Shown: positions 1 through 8,538 of the stretch, in pieces
Layout: every line of letters starts with the position of its first letter
How positions within the stretch are numbered: position 1 is the stretch's first letter
DNA from: Holophagales bacterium
GTDB lineage: Bacteria > Acidobacteriota > Holophagae > Holophagales > Holophagaceae
Assembly: GCA_031273105.1 (NCBI GenBank)
Contig: JAISSN010000105.1
Location: forward strand, 1-37,543
Length of the DNA: 37,543 bases
Reading direction: 5' to 3'
Notes under the pieces: model-generated
The model's database searches: none
What the model saw: only the letters and a program-made list of their open reading frames with translations
Told to the model about the DNA's origin: nothing
Position numbers and translations under genes: made by a program

Positions 1-890
1 GCCGGTTTTTCCATTGTCTGGTCTGAAATAATCTCGCCTTCGGCAAAGAGGCCGCTCTTTAAGAGTCCGTCGGCATTGGGGACTTCTATCCTCACCCTGA
101 GCGTGCGGCCGTCCTGCAATACGGCGGGGGCAACCTGGGCGACGCGCCCTTCAAAGTAATCGTCAAAACCCGGCACTTTAAAGCGCGCTCTCAGGCCGGG
201 CCGAATAATGCCTATATTATCCGTCGGCAAATCGGCCTCGATTTCCATAGTTCTGTTATCAACAACGTTGAAGGCCGCCTGTCCGGGGGCAAGCATTTCG
301 CCCGCCTTGACAAAGCACCTGGCCACCTGGCCCTCAAAGGGGCTTCGTATTTGGGCCTTGTGCAGGCGGCTCCTGGCGATGCCCAAGTTGCTCTCTGCAG
401 CCCTGGCGCCGGCCTGGGCCGCCGTGTGATAGGTTTCGGCCTGTTGGGCGGCCTGCTTTGTGATACTGCGTTTTTCCAGCAGTTGAACGGCCCTGTCGTA
501 ATCCCGGCTGGCCTGCTCGGCCTGGGCTTGAGCTTGAACGAGCTGGGCCTCGGCGGCCTGCACGGCCAGTTGCAAATCTTCTTCGTCCTGCACAGACAGT
601 ACAGCGCCGCGCCCAACGTTGTCCCCTTCAAAAACCGCCACTCTGGTTAAACGCCCTGATACCTCGGCCCTCAACTCGGCGCGGTTTACGGCCAGCAGGT
701 TGCCCGTAAAGGGAATGGCTGTGCGGAAGTCTCTTAGCTCCACCGTTACGAGCGTTACGGGGACTTCGGCCAATTCCTTTATCTGGCTCTGCCTGTTCAG
801 TTCCTCGTTGCGCTTGGAGCGGTGATACGCGATAGAGCCGACGACGACAATTACAAGGGCCGCGCTGGAAAATATCAATTTGCCTTTCAT
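1..890 (-). CDS. Efflux periplasmic adaptor (membrane fusion protein, HlyD/AcrA family); C-terminus runs off the left edge
   Basis: Absent from the ORF track because it has no stop in the window. Hand translation of the minus strand from ATG 890..888 stays open to position 1. It gives MKGKLIFSSAALVIVVVGSIAYHRSK (membrane anchor), then VSGRLTRVAVFEGDNVGRGAVL, a coiled coil QLAVQAAEAQLVQAQAQAEQASRDYDRAVQLLEKRSI, then IRSPFEGQVARCFVKAGE and RVRIEVPNADGLLKSGLFAEGEI. The gene starts 23 nt downstream of the TolC-like gene. Confidence 0.85.
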   Translation of the reverse strand, partial: MKGKLIFSSAALVIVVVGSIAYHRSKRNEELNRQSQIKELAEVPVTLVTVELRDFRTAIPFTGNLLAVNRAELRAEVSGRLTRVAVFEGDNVGRGAVLSVQDEEDLQLAVQAAEAQLVQAQAQAEQASRDYDRAVQLLEKRSITKQAAQQAETYHTAAQAGARAAESNLGIARSRLHKAQIRSPFEGQVARCFVKAGEMLAPGQAAFNVVDNRTMEIEADLPTDNIGIIRPGLRARFKVPGFDDYFEGRVAQVAPAVLQDGRTLRVRIEVPNADGLLKSGLFAEGEIISDQTMEKP

Positions 891-913
891 GTTTATTCCT
901 CGCAAAAACGGTG

Positions 914-2230
914 TCAATTAGGTAAAAGGGAAAGGGAGCGGCGGTGGTCAAAAATGGCGGACCACACGCCCAATTCGGCGCGGCGCAGCTGGCTTTGAAG
1001 CTGATAAGCGGTGCGCTCAGCCTGCAACAAGTCCAGGCTGGTTATCAGACCCTGGTCAAAGGATTCTTTGCTCACTCGCAACGCCTCCTGGCCCGTGTCG
1101 AAGGCTTTTTTAGCGGCCTCCAGAAAGGCCCTGGCCTTTACCAGCTCCCGCTCCGCGCTCTGGCGCTCCACGGCAAAGTTGCGCTCCTGGTTTATCCTTA
1201 ACTGGCGGGTTTGCTCAAGCTGGGCCGTATTCTGGGAGCGCCTGCCGCTCATGCGCAGGCCGTCGAAGATGGGCCAGCGCATAGATACTGTAAAACGCCA
1301 TGGGTCGTACGGCGACTTGAACAAATTTTCGGTTTTACTGGCCTGGTAGCCGTATTGGGCGCTCAAGTCAAACTTTGGCAGCAAATCCGACCTGATGATC
1401 TTGTTATTGGCCGTCAACATGTTTTCCTGGATTTTTAGCTGAGTTATCTCGCTTCGCTCCTCGCCGTTCAGACGCTCGTCTGATGCCGGCGGCAGGCCAA
1501 TATCAGCTAAAGCTAGGTCTGTCTTTGGATCAAGCCCCAGCATTCCGCTCAGGACTTCCCTGGCCCTCTGGAGATTGGCCTCGGCCTGGAGGGCGTCCGG
1601 CATGACGGCGTAAAGCTCGCTTTCGGCCCTCAGGCGGTCCAGCTCGGTGGCGCTCTGCACTTCCAGCCTCGCCTCTACGTCGCTGAGGAATTGCTCCGCC
1701 GCAAGCCTGCGGGACGTTATCACCTCCGTCTCGGCCTTAGCCGATAAGACGGCCAGGTATGCCTTGGCCACGCCGTGCAGCACATTAAGCTCTGAGGTTT
1801 TATAGGCCGATTCCGACTCTCTTTCCCCCATTTTTGCAATATCAATGGCCGTGCTTATTTTTCCAAAATAGAACAGAGGCTGGTTGACGCCTATATTGGC
1901 CGTGTAATAAGTCCTGGGCGCAGTCAGCGCGCTCATGTCAATGGGAAGAAAAGAGTCTTCGCCCGTTAAGCTCTCGCCAAAGCTGCTATTGAGCATTGAC
2001 ACGTCTTTAACGCGGCTGAAATCGCCGCTGATGGTCAACTGGGGATAAATATCGGCCTTTGTGGCTTTTATAAGGCCCTTGCGCTCATCAACAACGGCCT
2101 TTGCCGCTTTTAACAAGGGGTTTTCCGAGCGCGCCCTGTTGATGGCGCCGGACAAATCCAGATTGGTTTGCCCGGCGTCGTCAGGCGCTTCACGAAGTTC
2201 AATAACCGCCGGGGGTAGCGCTGGAAGCAT
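914..2230 (-). CDS. Outer membrane efflux protein (TolC/OprM-type outer membrane factor)
   Basis: 438-aa ORF with OEP-type helical repeat sequence (LDLSGAINRARSENPLLKAAKAVVDE near the N-terminus, SLDLLQAERTAYQLQSQLRRAE near the C-terminus). AAAGGAG lies 7 nt upstream of ATG 2230. An in-frame TAA lies 15 nt upstream. No signal peptide is visible. Confidence 0.8.
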   Translation of the reverse strand: MLPALPPAVIELREAPDDAGQTNLDLSGAINRARSENPLLKAAKAVVDERKGLIKATKADIYPQLTISGDFSRVKDVSMLNSSFGESLTGEDSFLPIDMSALTAPRTYYTANIGVNQPLFYFGKISTAIDIAKMGERESESAYKTSELNVLHGVAKAYLAVLSAKAETEVITSRRLAAEQFLSDVEARLEVQSATELDRLRAESELYAVMPDALQAEANLQRAREVLSGMLGLDPKTDLALADIGLPPASDERLNGEERSEITQLKIQENMLTANNKIIRSDLLPKFDLSAQYGYQASKTENLFKSPYDPWRFTVSMRWPIFDGLRMSGRRSQNTAQLEQTRQLRINQERNFAVERQSAERELVKARAFLEAAKKAFDTGQEALRVSKESFDQGLITSLDLLQAERTAYQLQSQLRRAELGVWSAIFDHRRSLSLLPN

Positions 2231-2291
2231 ATTCAGGCTCCTTTATTGGAGTGTGAAGTGTTAAGTGCGGAGTTTGGAGTTTGGAGCATAT

Positions 2292-2984
2292 TCAGGCGCC
2301 TTCATTTTTAAATACATCGGGGATGCCTATTCCCCTCAGGCTGAAATCAACAAAGTCACGGGCCATCTTTTCCAGGTCGTCGTCGCTGTAGGCCGCCCCG
2401 CGCATTTTTTGGATGATGTCAAAGTGCTTGTGGAAAAAGTATATAGCCCCTTGAACGTTAATTATCATCGCGTCCAGTTCAAACCTGGAGATATCCGGCC
2501 TCAGGATATTGACGCAGGCCGTAACGCGGTCTGACCACACGCGGATTTGGGCGATCATAAAATCCACCGTGGCGCTCCTTGAATCCGCTATTGTCTGGGT
2601 CCATAGTTTGTGGGCGGCCTCATGGAGCGGTTTCCGCGCATGGTCTTTGCGATCGCAAATCACCAGGTTTTCAAACAGCCCCTTTATATTGACCTTGAGG
2701 CTGGACAGCGCGGCCTCCCGCGCGTTTGGCGAATTAGAATCCGGCGCTTCAGGCATATTTTGGAGCCATTGGGAAAAATCAGAGATGACCCATCGCAGGG
2801 CGGCTTCATAAAGCCCTTCCTTGCTGCCAAAGTGATAGGCGATCATCGCAGGGTTGGCCTTTGCCTTTTGGGCAATTTTGCGCACGCCGACGCCGTCAAA
2901 GCCCTTTTCGGCAAAGGCCAGCAGAGCCGCCTCCATCAGGCGTTGCCGCGTATCCTGGCTGTACTCTTGTGCTTGTGAAATCAT
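2292..2984 (-). CDS. TetR/AcrR-family transcriptional regulator
   Basis: N-terminal helix-turn-helix RQRLMEAALLAFAEKGFDGVGVRKIAQKAKANPAMIAYHFGSKEGLY. First gene of the efflux operon. I prefer ATG 2984 (MISQAQEYSQ) to the TTG at 3038 used in the track, because that extension lies inside the operator palindrome. Confidence 0.85.
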   Translation of the reverse strand: MISQAQEYSQDTRQRLMEAALLAFAEKGFDGVGVRKIAQKAKANPAMIAYHFGSKEGLYEAALRWVISDFSQWLQNMPEAPDSNSPNAREAALSSLKVNIKGLFENLVICDRKDHARKPLHEAAHKLWTQTIADSRSATVDFMIAQIRVWSDRVTACVNILRPDISRFELDAMIINVQGAIYFFHKHFDIIQKMRGAAYSDDDLEKMARDFVDFSLRGIGIPDVFKNEGA

Positions 2985-3009
2985 GGCGTAACGGTCTCTG
3001 CAAAAATTG

Positions 3010-3069
3010 ATCAAACGATTGATTAAAAGATTGATCAACGCAACCTCTCATTTTAATCAATCGTTTGAT
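3010..3069. promoter_or_regulatory. Putative TetR operator: perfect 19-bp inverted repeat with a 22-nt spacer
   Basis: atcaaacgattgattaaaa (3010..3028) is the exact reverse complement of ttttaatcaatcgtttgat (3051..3069). Each arm is itself a near-palindrome (TCAAACGATTGA). The spacer holds the palindrome ttgatcaa (3031..3038). The site lies immediately upstream of tetR. Confidence 0.55.
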
Positions 3070-3367
3070 TAAGTCAAGATTTTTTTTCCGCCATCATACC
3101 AATGTGCATTCAATCAAGATTGAATGACCTTGGTATGTGGAAATGGGAAGGCAAGCGTAACCAGCCCACATATCCAGAATAGCGCCGCCAGGCATTATTA
3201 AATAGAGGTTCTTGCAAAACCTCTTGAATTTACAGTTTACAATGGTGGAGGCGGCTTTCGCCGCGATGATTCCGGAAATGTGATGTTGCGCCATTTGCTC
3301 TCAGAAATTCATGGTATGGGTTTTGCAAGAGACTCAGGATATAAAACAATACTGGAGACAAACAAAA

Positions 3368-5065
3368 ATGACGAACCCCCAGCAGTTGGAAATCAACCTG
3401 GAAGGCCAAACGCTCTCAGTAAAATACGGCAAGCGCATTCTAGATATCTTCAATCGCTATTTGCCTAAAGGGGAATTGAGTGATTCCGTTCTCCCCGCCG
3501 GGCATCAATCCGGCGTATTGGCGGCAAAACTGAATCAGCGGGTTGTGAGCTTAGATACCCCCATAAATTTTACCTGCCGCCTGACGCCGCTGTTTCTGGA
3601 AGACCGCGAAGGCGCCGCCGTTTATCGCCGCAGCGTCTGTCTGCTCTTATACGAAGCCATTAAAGAACTCTACCCTGAGGCAAGGGTGGTTGTCGGGCAA
3701 TCCCTGGCCGGCGGCTACTACTTCGATTTAGAGAGCCAAACCCAACCGCTGCCCGACGCGCTGCCCGAAATAGAAACGCGCATGAGACGCATCGTAGCAG
3801 AAAAACGCCCATTTGTCCGCAGTATCACCACCAGTGAAGAAGCCTGCCGGCGCTTTGCCCAGGAAGGTTATGAAGACAAGGTCAAGCTGCTCAACAGCAC
3901 ACGGTGGGTTGAGGTTCGCCTGGTGGGGTGCGGCGTTTTCCAGGACATTCAACATGGCCCCGTCGTCCCGCACACGGGCTATCTGGAGCGGTTCAGCCTG
4001 TTTTTAATGCCTCCGGGCTTTATTCTTCAATTTCCGACTTCAGGCAACATTTTTGAAAGAGCCGATGGTTCCCCTTACCAATCTCTGTTTCAAATCTACC
4101 TGGAAACAAAGGTCTGGAATCAAATACTCGGCGTGACCAACGTAGGCACGTTGAACGAAGCCTGCCTGTCCGGCGAGATCGGCGAGGTCATAAAAATCGC
4201 CGAGGGCTTTCAGGAGAAAAAAATCGCCGGTTTTGCCGACGAAGTATCCAAGCGGCGCGACCGCGTCCGCCTGGTACTTATAGCCGGCCCGTCCAGTTCT
4301 GGGAAAACCACCTTCAGCAAGCGCCTGATGGTTCAACTAAGGGTGAACGGCTTGCGCCCTGTAACACTGGGTACGGACAACTATTTTGTGAACAGGGAAC
4401 AAACGCCCCTCGACGATTATGGGCAGCCCGACCTGGAATCCTTAAAGGCCGTTGACACGGCCCTGTTCAACGAGCACTTAGACGCGCTTTTAGCCGGGCG
4501 CAGCGTGAACGTGCCTGTTTTCGATTTTCCGTCGGGAACGAGGGCCGAGCGCGTAATGCCGATGCAGCTTGGAGAGAACGACATACTAATCGTAGAAGGC
4601 ATACACGGCCTGAACCCTGAGCTGACCCAGTCGGTTCCCCTTGAAAAAAAGTTGAAGATATATATCAGCGCCTTGACCCAGTTGAGCCTGGACGACCACA
4701 ACCGCATAATGACGGCCGACATAAGGCTTCTCAGGCGCATCGTCAGGGATAGGGCCTTCAGGGGCTATAACGCCTCTAAGACCATCGCCATGTGGCTTTC
4801 TGTGTTAAGGGGCGAGAGAAAAAACATATTTCCATACCAGAGCGAGGCGGATTTGGTGTTCAACTCAAGCCTGGTTTACGAGCCTGCGGCCCTGCGCCCG
4901 TTTGCCGAGAGATACCTGCTGGAAGTCCCCATGGACGACGACAACTTTGGCCAGGCGTACAGACTATTGCAATTTGTCCGCATGTTCGTGCCCATATTCC
5001 CTGATGAAATTCCCCATACCTCAATCCTGCGGGAGTTTATAGGCGGAAGCAGTTTTGATTATTAG
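3368..5065 (+). CDS. Uridine/nucleoside kinase-family protein with an N-terminal TGS plus ThrRS-second-additional-domain-like region
   Basis: P-loop AGPSSSGKTTFSKRL with a PRK/Udk-like C-terminal half (IVEGIHGLNPEL, LLRRIVRDRAFRG). The N-terminal ~280 aa resembles the TGS/SAD region of ThrRS. GGAG lies 10 nt upstream of ATG 3368, which I prefer to the track start at 3311. Confidence 0.75.
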   Translation: MTNPQQLEINLEGQTLSVKYGKRILDIFNRYLPKGELSDSVLPAGHQSGVLAAKLNQRVVSLDTPINFTCRLTPLFLEDREGAAVYRRSVCLLLYEAIKELYPEARVVVGQSLAGGYYFDLESQTQPLPDALPEIETRMRRIVAEKRPFVRSITTSEEACRRFAQEGYEDKVKLLNSTRWVEVRLVGCGVFQDIQHGPVVPHTGYLERFSLFLMPPGFILQFPTSGNIFERADGSPYQSLFQIYLETKVWNQILGVTNVGTLNEACLSGEIGEVIKIAEGFQEKKIAGFADEVSKRRDRVRLVLIAGPSSSGKTTFSKRLMVQLRVNGLRPVTLGTDNYFVNREQTPLDDYGQPDLESLKAVDTALFNEHLDALLAGRSVNVPVFDFPSGTRAERVMPMQLGENDILIVEGIHGLNPELTQSVPLEKKLKIYISALTQLSLDDHNRIMTADIRLLRRIVRDRAFRGYNASKTIAMWLSVLRGERKNIFPYQSEADLVFNSSLVYEPAALRPFAERYLLEVPMDDDNFGQAYRLLQFVRMFVPIFPDEIPHTSILREFIGGSSFDY

Positions 5066-5293
5066 TGTAACGTCTCCCAATTAAGTAAGCATTAAGCAAT
5101 GAAGGTTCGTCAGTGTATTTCCAGCGAAAAGGCTCATACATGCATCCACTCATGAAAATATTATAACATATTTAATTCACGGACGCGACACTAGCGTTGC
5201 GTCCGTGAGTTTGTTATGCTGCAATGTTTTCATGTATGGAGACATGTATGTCGTATCGCGGAAGGCAAAAGATGCTGGTTTCCCAATAAAGAC

Positions 5294-5881
5294 ATGGCGC
5301 AGCTACTCGGTGATTTGCGCTTTTTTACCTCCGCGTCTGACGTGGGGCAACTGGGCTTTTGCCATGCCGAGGTGGCCTTTGTGGGGCGCAGCAACGTGGG
5401 AAAATCCAGCATGTTGAACGCCATAGCCCAGCAGAAGCAGTTGGCGAGGGTTTCCAAGACCCCCGGCAGAACCAGGCTCATCAACATTTTTGTGACAGGG
5501 ATTGACAGGTGGGTGGTTGACCTGCCCGGCTATGGCTTTGCGTCCGGACCCGTAGCGGAAAGGCTGTCATGGCGGACTATGATAGAAGGTTATCTGACGG
5601 GCAGAAAGTCTCTGCGGCTCATCTTTATCCTGGTTGACGCTGAAGTTGGGCCAACGAAACTTGACATTCAAATGATTGACTGGCTTAGGGACATGGATTT
5701 GCCCTACAGAGTAGTGGCTACAAAGACAGACCGGGTTAAGCCCTCAAAGCAAGCGTCCCAGAGAAAAGCGGTCGCGGCCAAACTGGGCCTGCAATCGGGC
5801 GACATAGCCTGGGTCTCCGCCGTCAAGGGCGCGGGCATAGCGGAATTCCGCAGGGAAGTGACCGGGATATTGGAGTCATGA
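5294..5881 (+). CDS. engB: Ribosome-biogenesis GTPase YihA/YsxC (EngB)
   Basis: EVAFVGRSNVGKSSMLNAI (G1), SKTPGRTR (G2), DLPGYGFA (G3), ATKTD (G4). Starting at ATG 5294 gives the usual ~30 aa before G1. Confidence 0.88.
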   Translation: MAQLLGDLRFFTSASDVGQLGFCHAEVAFVGRSNVGKSSMLNAIAQQKQLARVSKTPGRTRLINIFVTGIDRWVVDLPGYGFASGPVAERLSWRTMIEGYLTGRKSLRLIFILVDAEVGPTKLDIQMIDWLRDMDLPYRVVATKTDRVKPSKQASQRKAVAAKLGLQSGDIAWVSAVKGAGIAEFRREVTGILES

Positions 5882-5885
5882 ATCT

Positions 5886-5924
5886 TTCTATGTCAAGATC
5901 ACATTCTGCAACCTTGACATAGAA
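5886..5924 (+). terminator. Stem-loop just after the engB stop (possible intrinsic terminator)
   Basis: ttctatgtcaag (5886..5897) pairs perfectly with cttgacatagaa (5913..5924) around a 15-nt loop. It is followed by gtttgggtt, which is only a weak U-tract. Confidence 0.4.
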
Positions 5925-6025
5925 GTTTGGGTTGGAATTACGGCGCCTCCTCCCCAAAAGAGGGGGACCCAATATTTGTGCATAAATAGAATAAACGGTA
6001 TAAAATATCGAATACGGAGACAGCT

Positions 6026-6781
6026 ATGTCAGACCAGCCCAGGCAATCCCTCTATGGCGAATCCAACGCGCCTGACATTGAGCGGGACAAGCCGCTTAAA
6101 TTGATGGAGCTTATTTCAGGCGTGTTTTCAGAGCCTGTGGAGATATTTAAGCGATTATCCAAATTGCCTCAATGGGTTGGGGCGATGTTGTTAATAGCAG
6201 CTTTCTCGTTGGTTTTAGTCATAGTCTGGGCCGCTAATGTTGACGCGGTAGAGTTTATGACTACGCAAGTTGAGCGCAGCTATCCTCAACTATCCGGCGC
6301 TGAACTGGATCGGGCTGTTGAAATTGCCACGAAATTTTTCTATATCTCATACGTAGGCACAGGCGCTGTTGGCACAATTTTCGTCCTCTTCTTTTTCGGC
6401 CTTATTTATTGGGCTGTTGGCCTGATTTCCGGTGAAGACTTGAAGTGGAGGCCCACATATCAGCACGGCCTTGTCGTCGCTGTAATCCCTGGCCTCGTCA
6501 CTATTCCATACATGCTGCTCGGAACGATGATGGCGTTTCTGAACCCGGTCGGGACATTAAGGCAAGATCAAATAATTCCGTCGTCCCTCGAATATTGGAT
6601 TCAGTCAGACAATCCCAAGCTCTCGGCGCTGTACAGCTCTATAGATTTATTTCAGTTGTTTCAATACGCGCTGATATTTATTGCGGCTAAACACGCTCTA
6701 AAGGCCAAAACCTGGGGCGCGGCCCTTTGCGTAGCGCTGACCTTGCTGGGGGTAGTCGTCCGGGTTGTGTTCGCCAGGTGA
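6026..6781 (+). CDS. Yip1-domain integral membrane protein
   Basis: The N-terminal motif LISGVFSEPVEIFKRL is followed by about five hydrophobic segments. GGAGA lies upstream of ATG 6026. Confidence 0.6.
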   Translation: MSDQPRQSLYGESNAPDIERDKPLKLMELISGVFSEPVEIFKRLSKLPQWVGAMLLIAAFSLVLVIVWAANVDAVEFMTTQVERSYPQLSGAELDRAVEIATKFFYISYVGTGAVGTIFVLFFFGLIYWAVGLISGEDLKWRPTYQHGLVVAVIPGLVTIPYMLLGTMMAFLNPVGTLRQDQIIPSSLEYWIQSDNPKLSALYSSIDLFQLFQYALIFIAAKHALKAKTWGAALCVALTLLGVVVRVVFAR

Positions 6782-6795
6782 TACAGTCAACGCAC

Positions 6796-6825
6796 TTGAA
6801 AATCGGTACAAAAACGAGCTATAGT
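6796..6825 (+). promoter_or_regulatory. Sigma70-like promoter candidate TTGAAA-18 nt-TATAGT
   Basis: TTGAAA at 6796..6801 and TATAGT at 6820..6825. It reads into the repeat at 6839 and onward toward tRNA-fMet. Confidence 0.35.
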
Positions 6826-6838
6826 GATTCAACTTGAG

Positions 6839-6930
6839 AAGCGTCTTGCAGTATTAAAGTTACGTCTGCGCTTTCCGTTTCGCTCCCCGCCTGCTGGCGG
6901 CTCGCTACACTTACGGCGCAGCCTACGCGC
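6839..6930 (+). repeat. Intergenic repeat, copy 1 (partner at 37422..37543 in inverted orientation)
   Basis: aagcgtcttgcagtatt, acgtctgcgct, ccgtttc.ctccccgcctg..ggcggctcgctacact and gcgcag.ct.cg.gc are all shared with the reverse complement of the window end. Confidence 0.85.
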
Positions 6931-7068
6931 CTCATTTCATTATCTTTAAGGCTATAGCGTTTCCGGCTCAAATGTATCACCGGAACCCATGCCGACACTT
7001 GGTATAGGATTTTTCGAAGAAGGTTGATTGACTATTACAGCAACACTGTGCTAAACTGAATGCCTTGA

Positions 7069-7145
<77 letters not shown>

Positions 7146-7273
7146 AAGATCAAGCCTTTGTTGATGTTTCCAAACTAGAATCAACGACAGCCGGGATGGC
7201 TTAAATTAAATATTTTTCGTTTCGCCTGACCGCCTGCCTTTGCATAAACCCGCCTTTAACCTACAATGTAACC

Positions 7274-8131
7274 ATGTTGTTCACGCGCCTTGCTTTAGTT
7301 TTTGCGCTTTCGCTGTCACTGCACGCCCAAAAGCGGCCCCAGCAACAGCAACAATACTACTACACGTACGTTGACCGTAGCGGAAAGATGGTGATAAACA
7401 ATTTGCCGCCGGATTACATGAAAGGCAAGGGCTATGCCCTGATTGACGTAAAAACGGGGTTGGTCAAGCTGGCGATCACTAAATCCCAGATGTCTCAAGT
7501 ACTCCGCAGCCCGGAACTCATTTCACTGATTGACCGTATTGCTGAAGAACACGACGTTGATACCTGGCTGGTCAGGGCCATCATTCAAGTCGAAAGTGCG
7601 TTTTATGAGCGGGCGCACAGCAGGAAAGGGGCGATGGGGTTGATGCAGCTGATTCCTGCCACAGCCGAGCGATTTGGCGTTCTGGACCCCTTTGACCCGA
7701 TTCAGAATATTACGGGCGGCGTTAAATACCTCCGCTGGCTGATTGACCATTTCAACCAGGATTACACAAAGGTGATCGCCGCATATAACGCTGGAGAAAA
7801 CGCCGTTAAAAAATACAAGGGCATTCCGCCGTTTGCCGAGACTAGGGCCTACGTTCCCAAGGTCAAACGGCTATGGGAAAACAAATCCGTCGTTGCCGAC
7901 CCAAAGGCAACAGGCGCTATAGATTATCTGAAAGAGGGACGCGGCGGATTTGTAGTCAGCGACAAACAAAATCCAGGCGGCCAAAAAGCCTCCCAGGAGC
8001 CGTCAACAGCCCAGCAGGATCAAGTCGTGGCTCAAAAGCAGCCCGTGTACTACTGGGAGGACGCGGACGGCAGACCGACCATTTCTGACAGGCCCCCGCC
8101 AAAAGACGCCAGAAACGTGAAAATCTACTAA
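7274..8131 (+). CDS. Secreted lytic transglycosylase (SLT domain)
   Basis: Signal peptide MLFTRLALVFALSLSLHA. SLT motifs VRAIIQVESAFYERAHSRKGAMGLMQL and AAYNAGENAVKKY. Confidence 0.85.
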   Translation: MLFTRLALVFALSLSLHAQKRPQQQQQYYYTYVDRSGKMVINNLPPDYMKGKGYALIDVKTGLVKLAITKSQMSQVLRSPELISLIDRIAEEHDVDTWLVRAIIQVESAFYERAHSRKGAMGLMQLIPATAERFGVLDPFDPIQNITGGVKYLRWLIDHFNQDYTKVIAAYNAGENAVKKYKGIPPFAETRAYVPKVKRLWENKSVVADPKATGAIDYLKEGRGGFVVSDKQNPGGQKASQEPSTAQQDQVVAQKQPVYYWEDADGRPTISDRPPPKDARNVKIY

Positions 8132-8538
8132 AAACCTGTATCGTCGTCTATAAAACTCTCCAAGGCCCTGCAAGCCTCGTCAGAGGCGTTTTGCAGGCAT
8201 TTAAATATTTCATCCGGCGGCGCTTCAATTTTGCAACCCCTGCCGTACGCTTCGAGTACAGCGGAGATTATCCTGACGCGCGCGGCCCCTATGGTTCCGC
8301 AGGAACCTTTGAGCGCGTGGGATACTTCCCTGAGTTTTACAAAGTCATTTGCTTCAATAGCCGCTTTAATTGCGGATAGTCTGGGGGGGGTGTCGGCTTT
8401 AAAAATGCCGAACATCTCCCTTGCCAACTCAAGCCTGCCGTCGTCAACGTCCTTTAATTGCTCAAGGGTTTCTATGTCCAGGACGGGAATATTGTTGAGT
8501 TCATCAAGGGGAACAATGTTTGGTTGAGTTGATGTCAT
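8128..8538 (-). CDS. Stand-alone histidine phosphotransfer (Hpt) protein
   Basis: Hpt signature around SHALKGSCGTIGAARV. 136 aa with no other domain. Confidence 0.75.
   Translation of the reverse strand: MTSTQPNIVPLDELNNIPVLDIETLEQLKDVDDGRLELAREMFGIFKADTPPRLSAIKAAIEANDFVKLREVSHALKGSCGTIGAARVRIISAVLEAYGRGCKIEAPPDEIFKCLQNASDEACRALESFIDDDTGF

Noticed and set aside
212-951. Track ORFs 212..631(-), 351..650(+) and 628..951(-)
   Set aside because: They are off-frame shadows of the open-ended membrane-fusion-protein gene at 1..890(-). Their translations are Pro/Arg-rich with no recognisable motifs.
2985-3038. TTG-initiated N-terminal extension of the TetR ORF (MINLLINRLINFCRDRYA)
   Set aside because: The extension is simply the translation of the operator palindrome. 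The ATG at 2984 gives a normal TetR N-terminus.
3094-3294. 66-aa ORF on the minus strand in the tetR / kinase-like intergenic region
   Set aside because: It has no RBS and no recognisable motif, and it overlaps the palindromic regulatory region.
5180-5195. The 16-mer cggacgcgacactagc shared with 8635..8650, considered as a stand-alone repeat
   Set aside because: By my rough estimate one exact 16-mer match is expected about 0.3 times by chance in this window. I count it only as supporting context for the modular repeat family.
6824-6949. 41-codon GTG-initiated ORF running through repeat copy 1 (MIQLEKRLAVLKLRLRFPFRSPPAGGSLHLRRSLRASFHYL)
   Set aside because: It is extremely arginine-rich with no RBS. 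The open frame is more simply explained by GC-rich repeat sequence. I mention it under the repeat finding instead of calling a gene.
8383-8390. G8 homopolymer inside the Hpt gene (encodes TPPP on the minus strand)
   Set aside because: The gene is intact and in frame, and one window gives no evidence of length variation.
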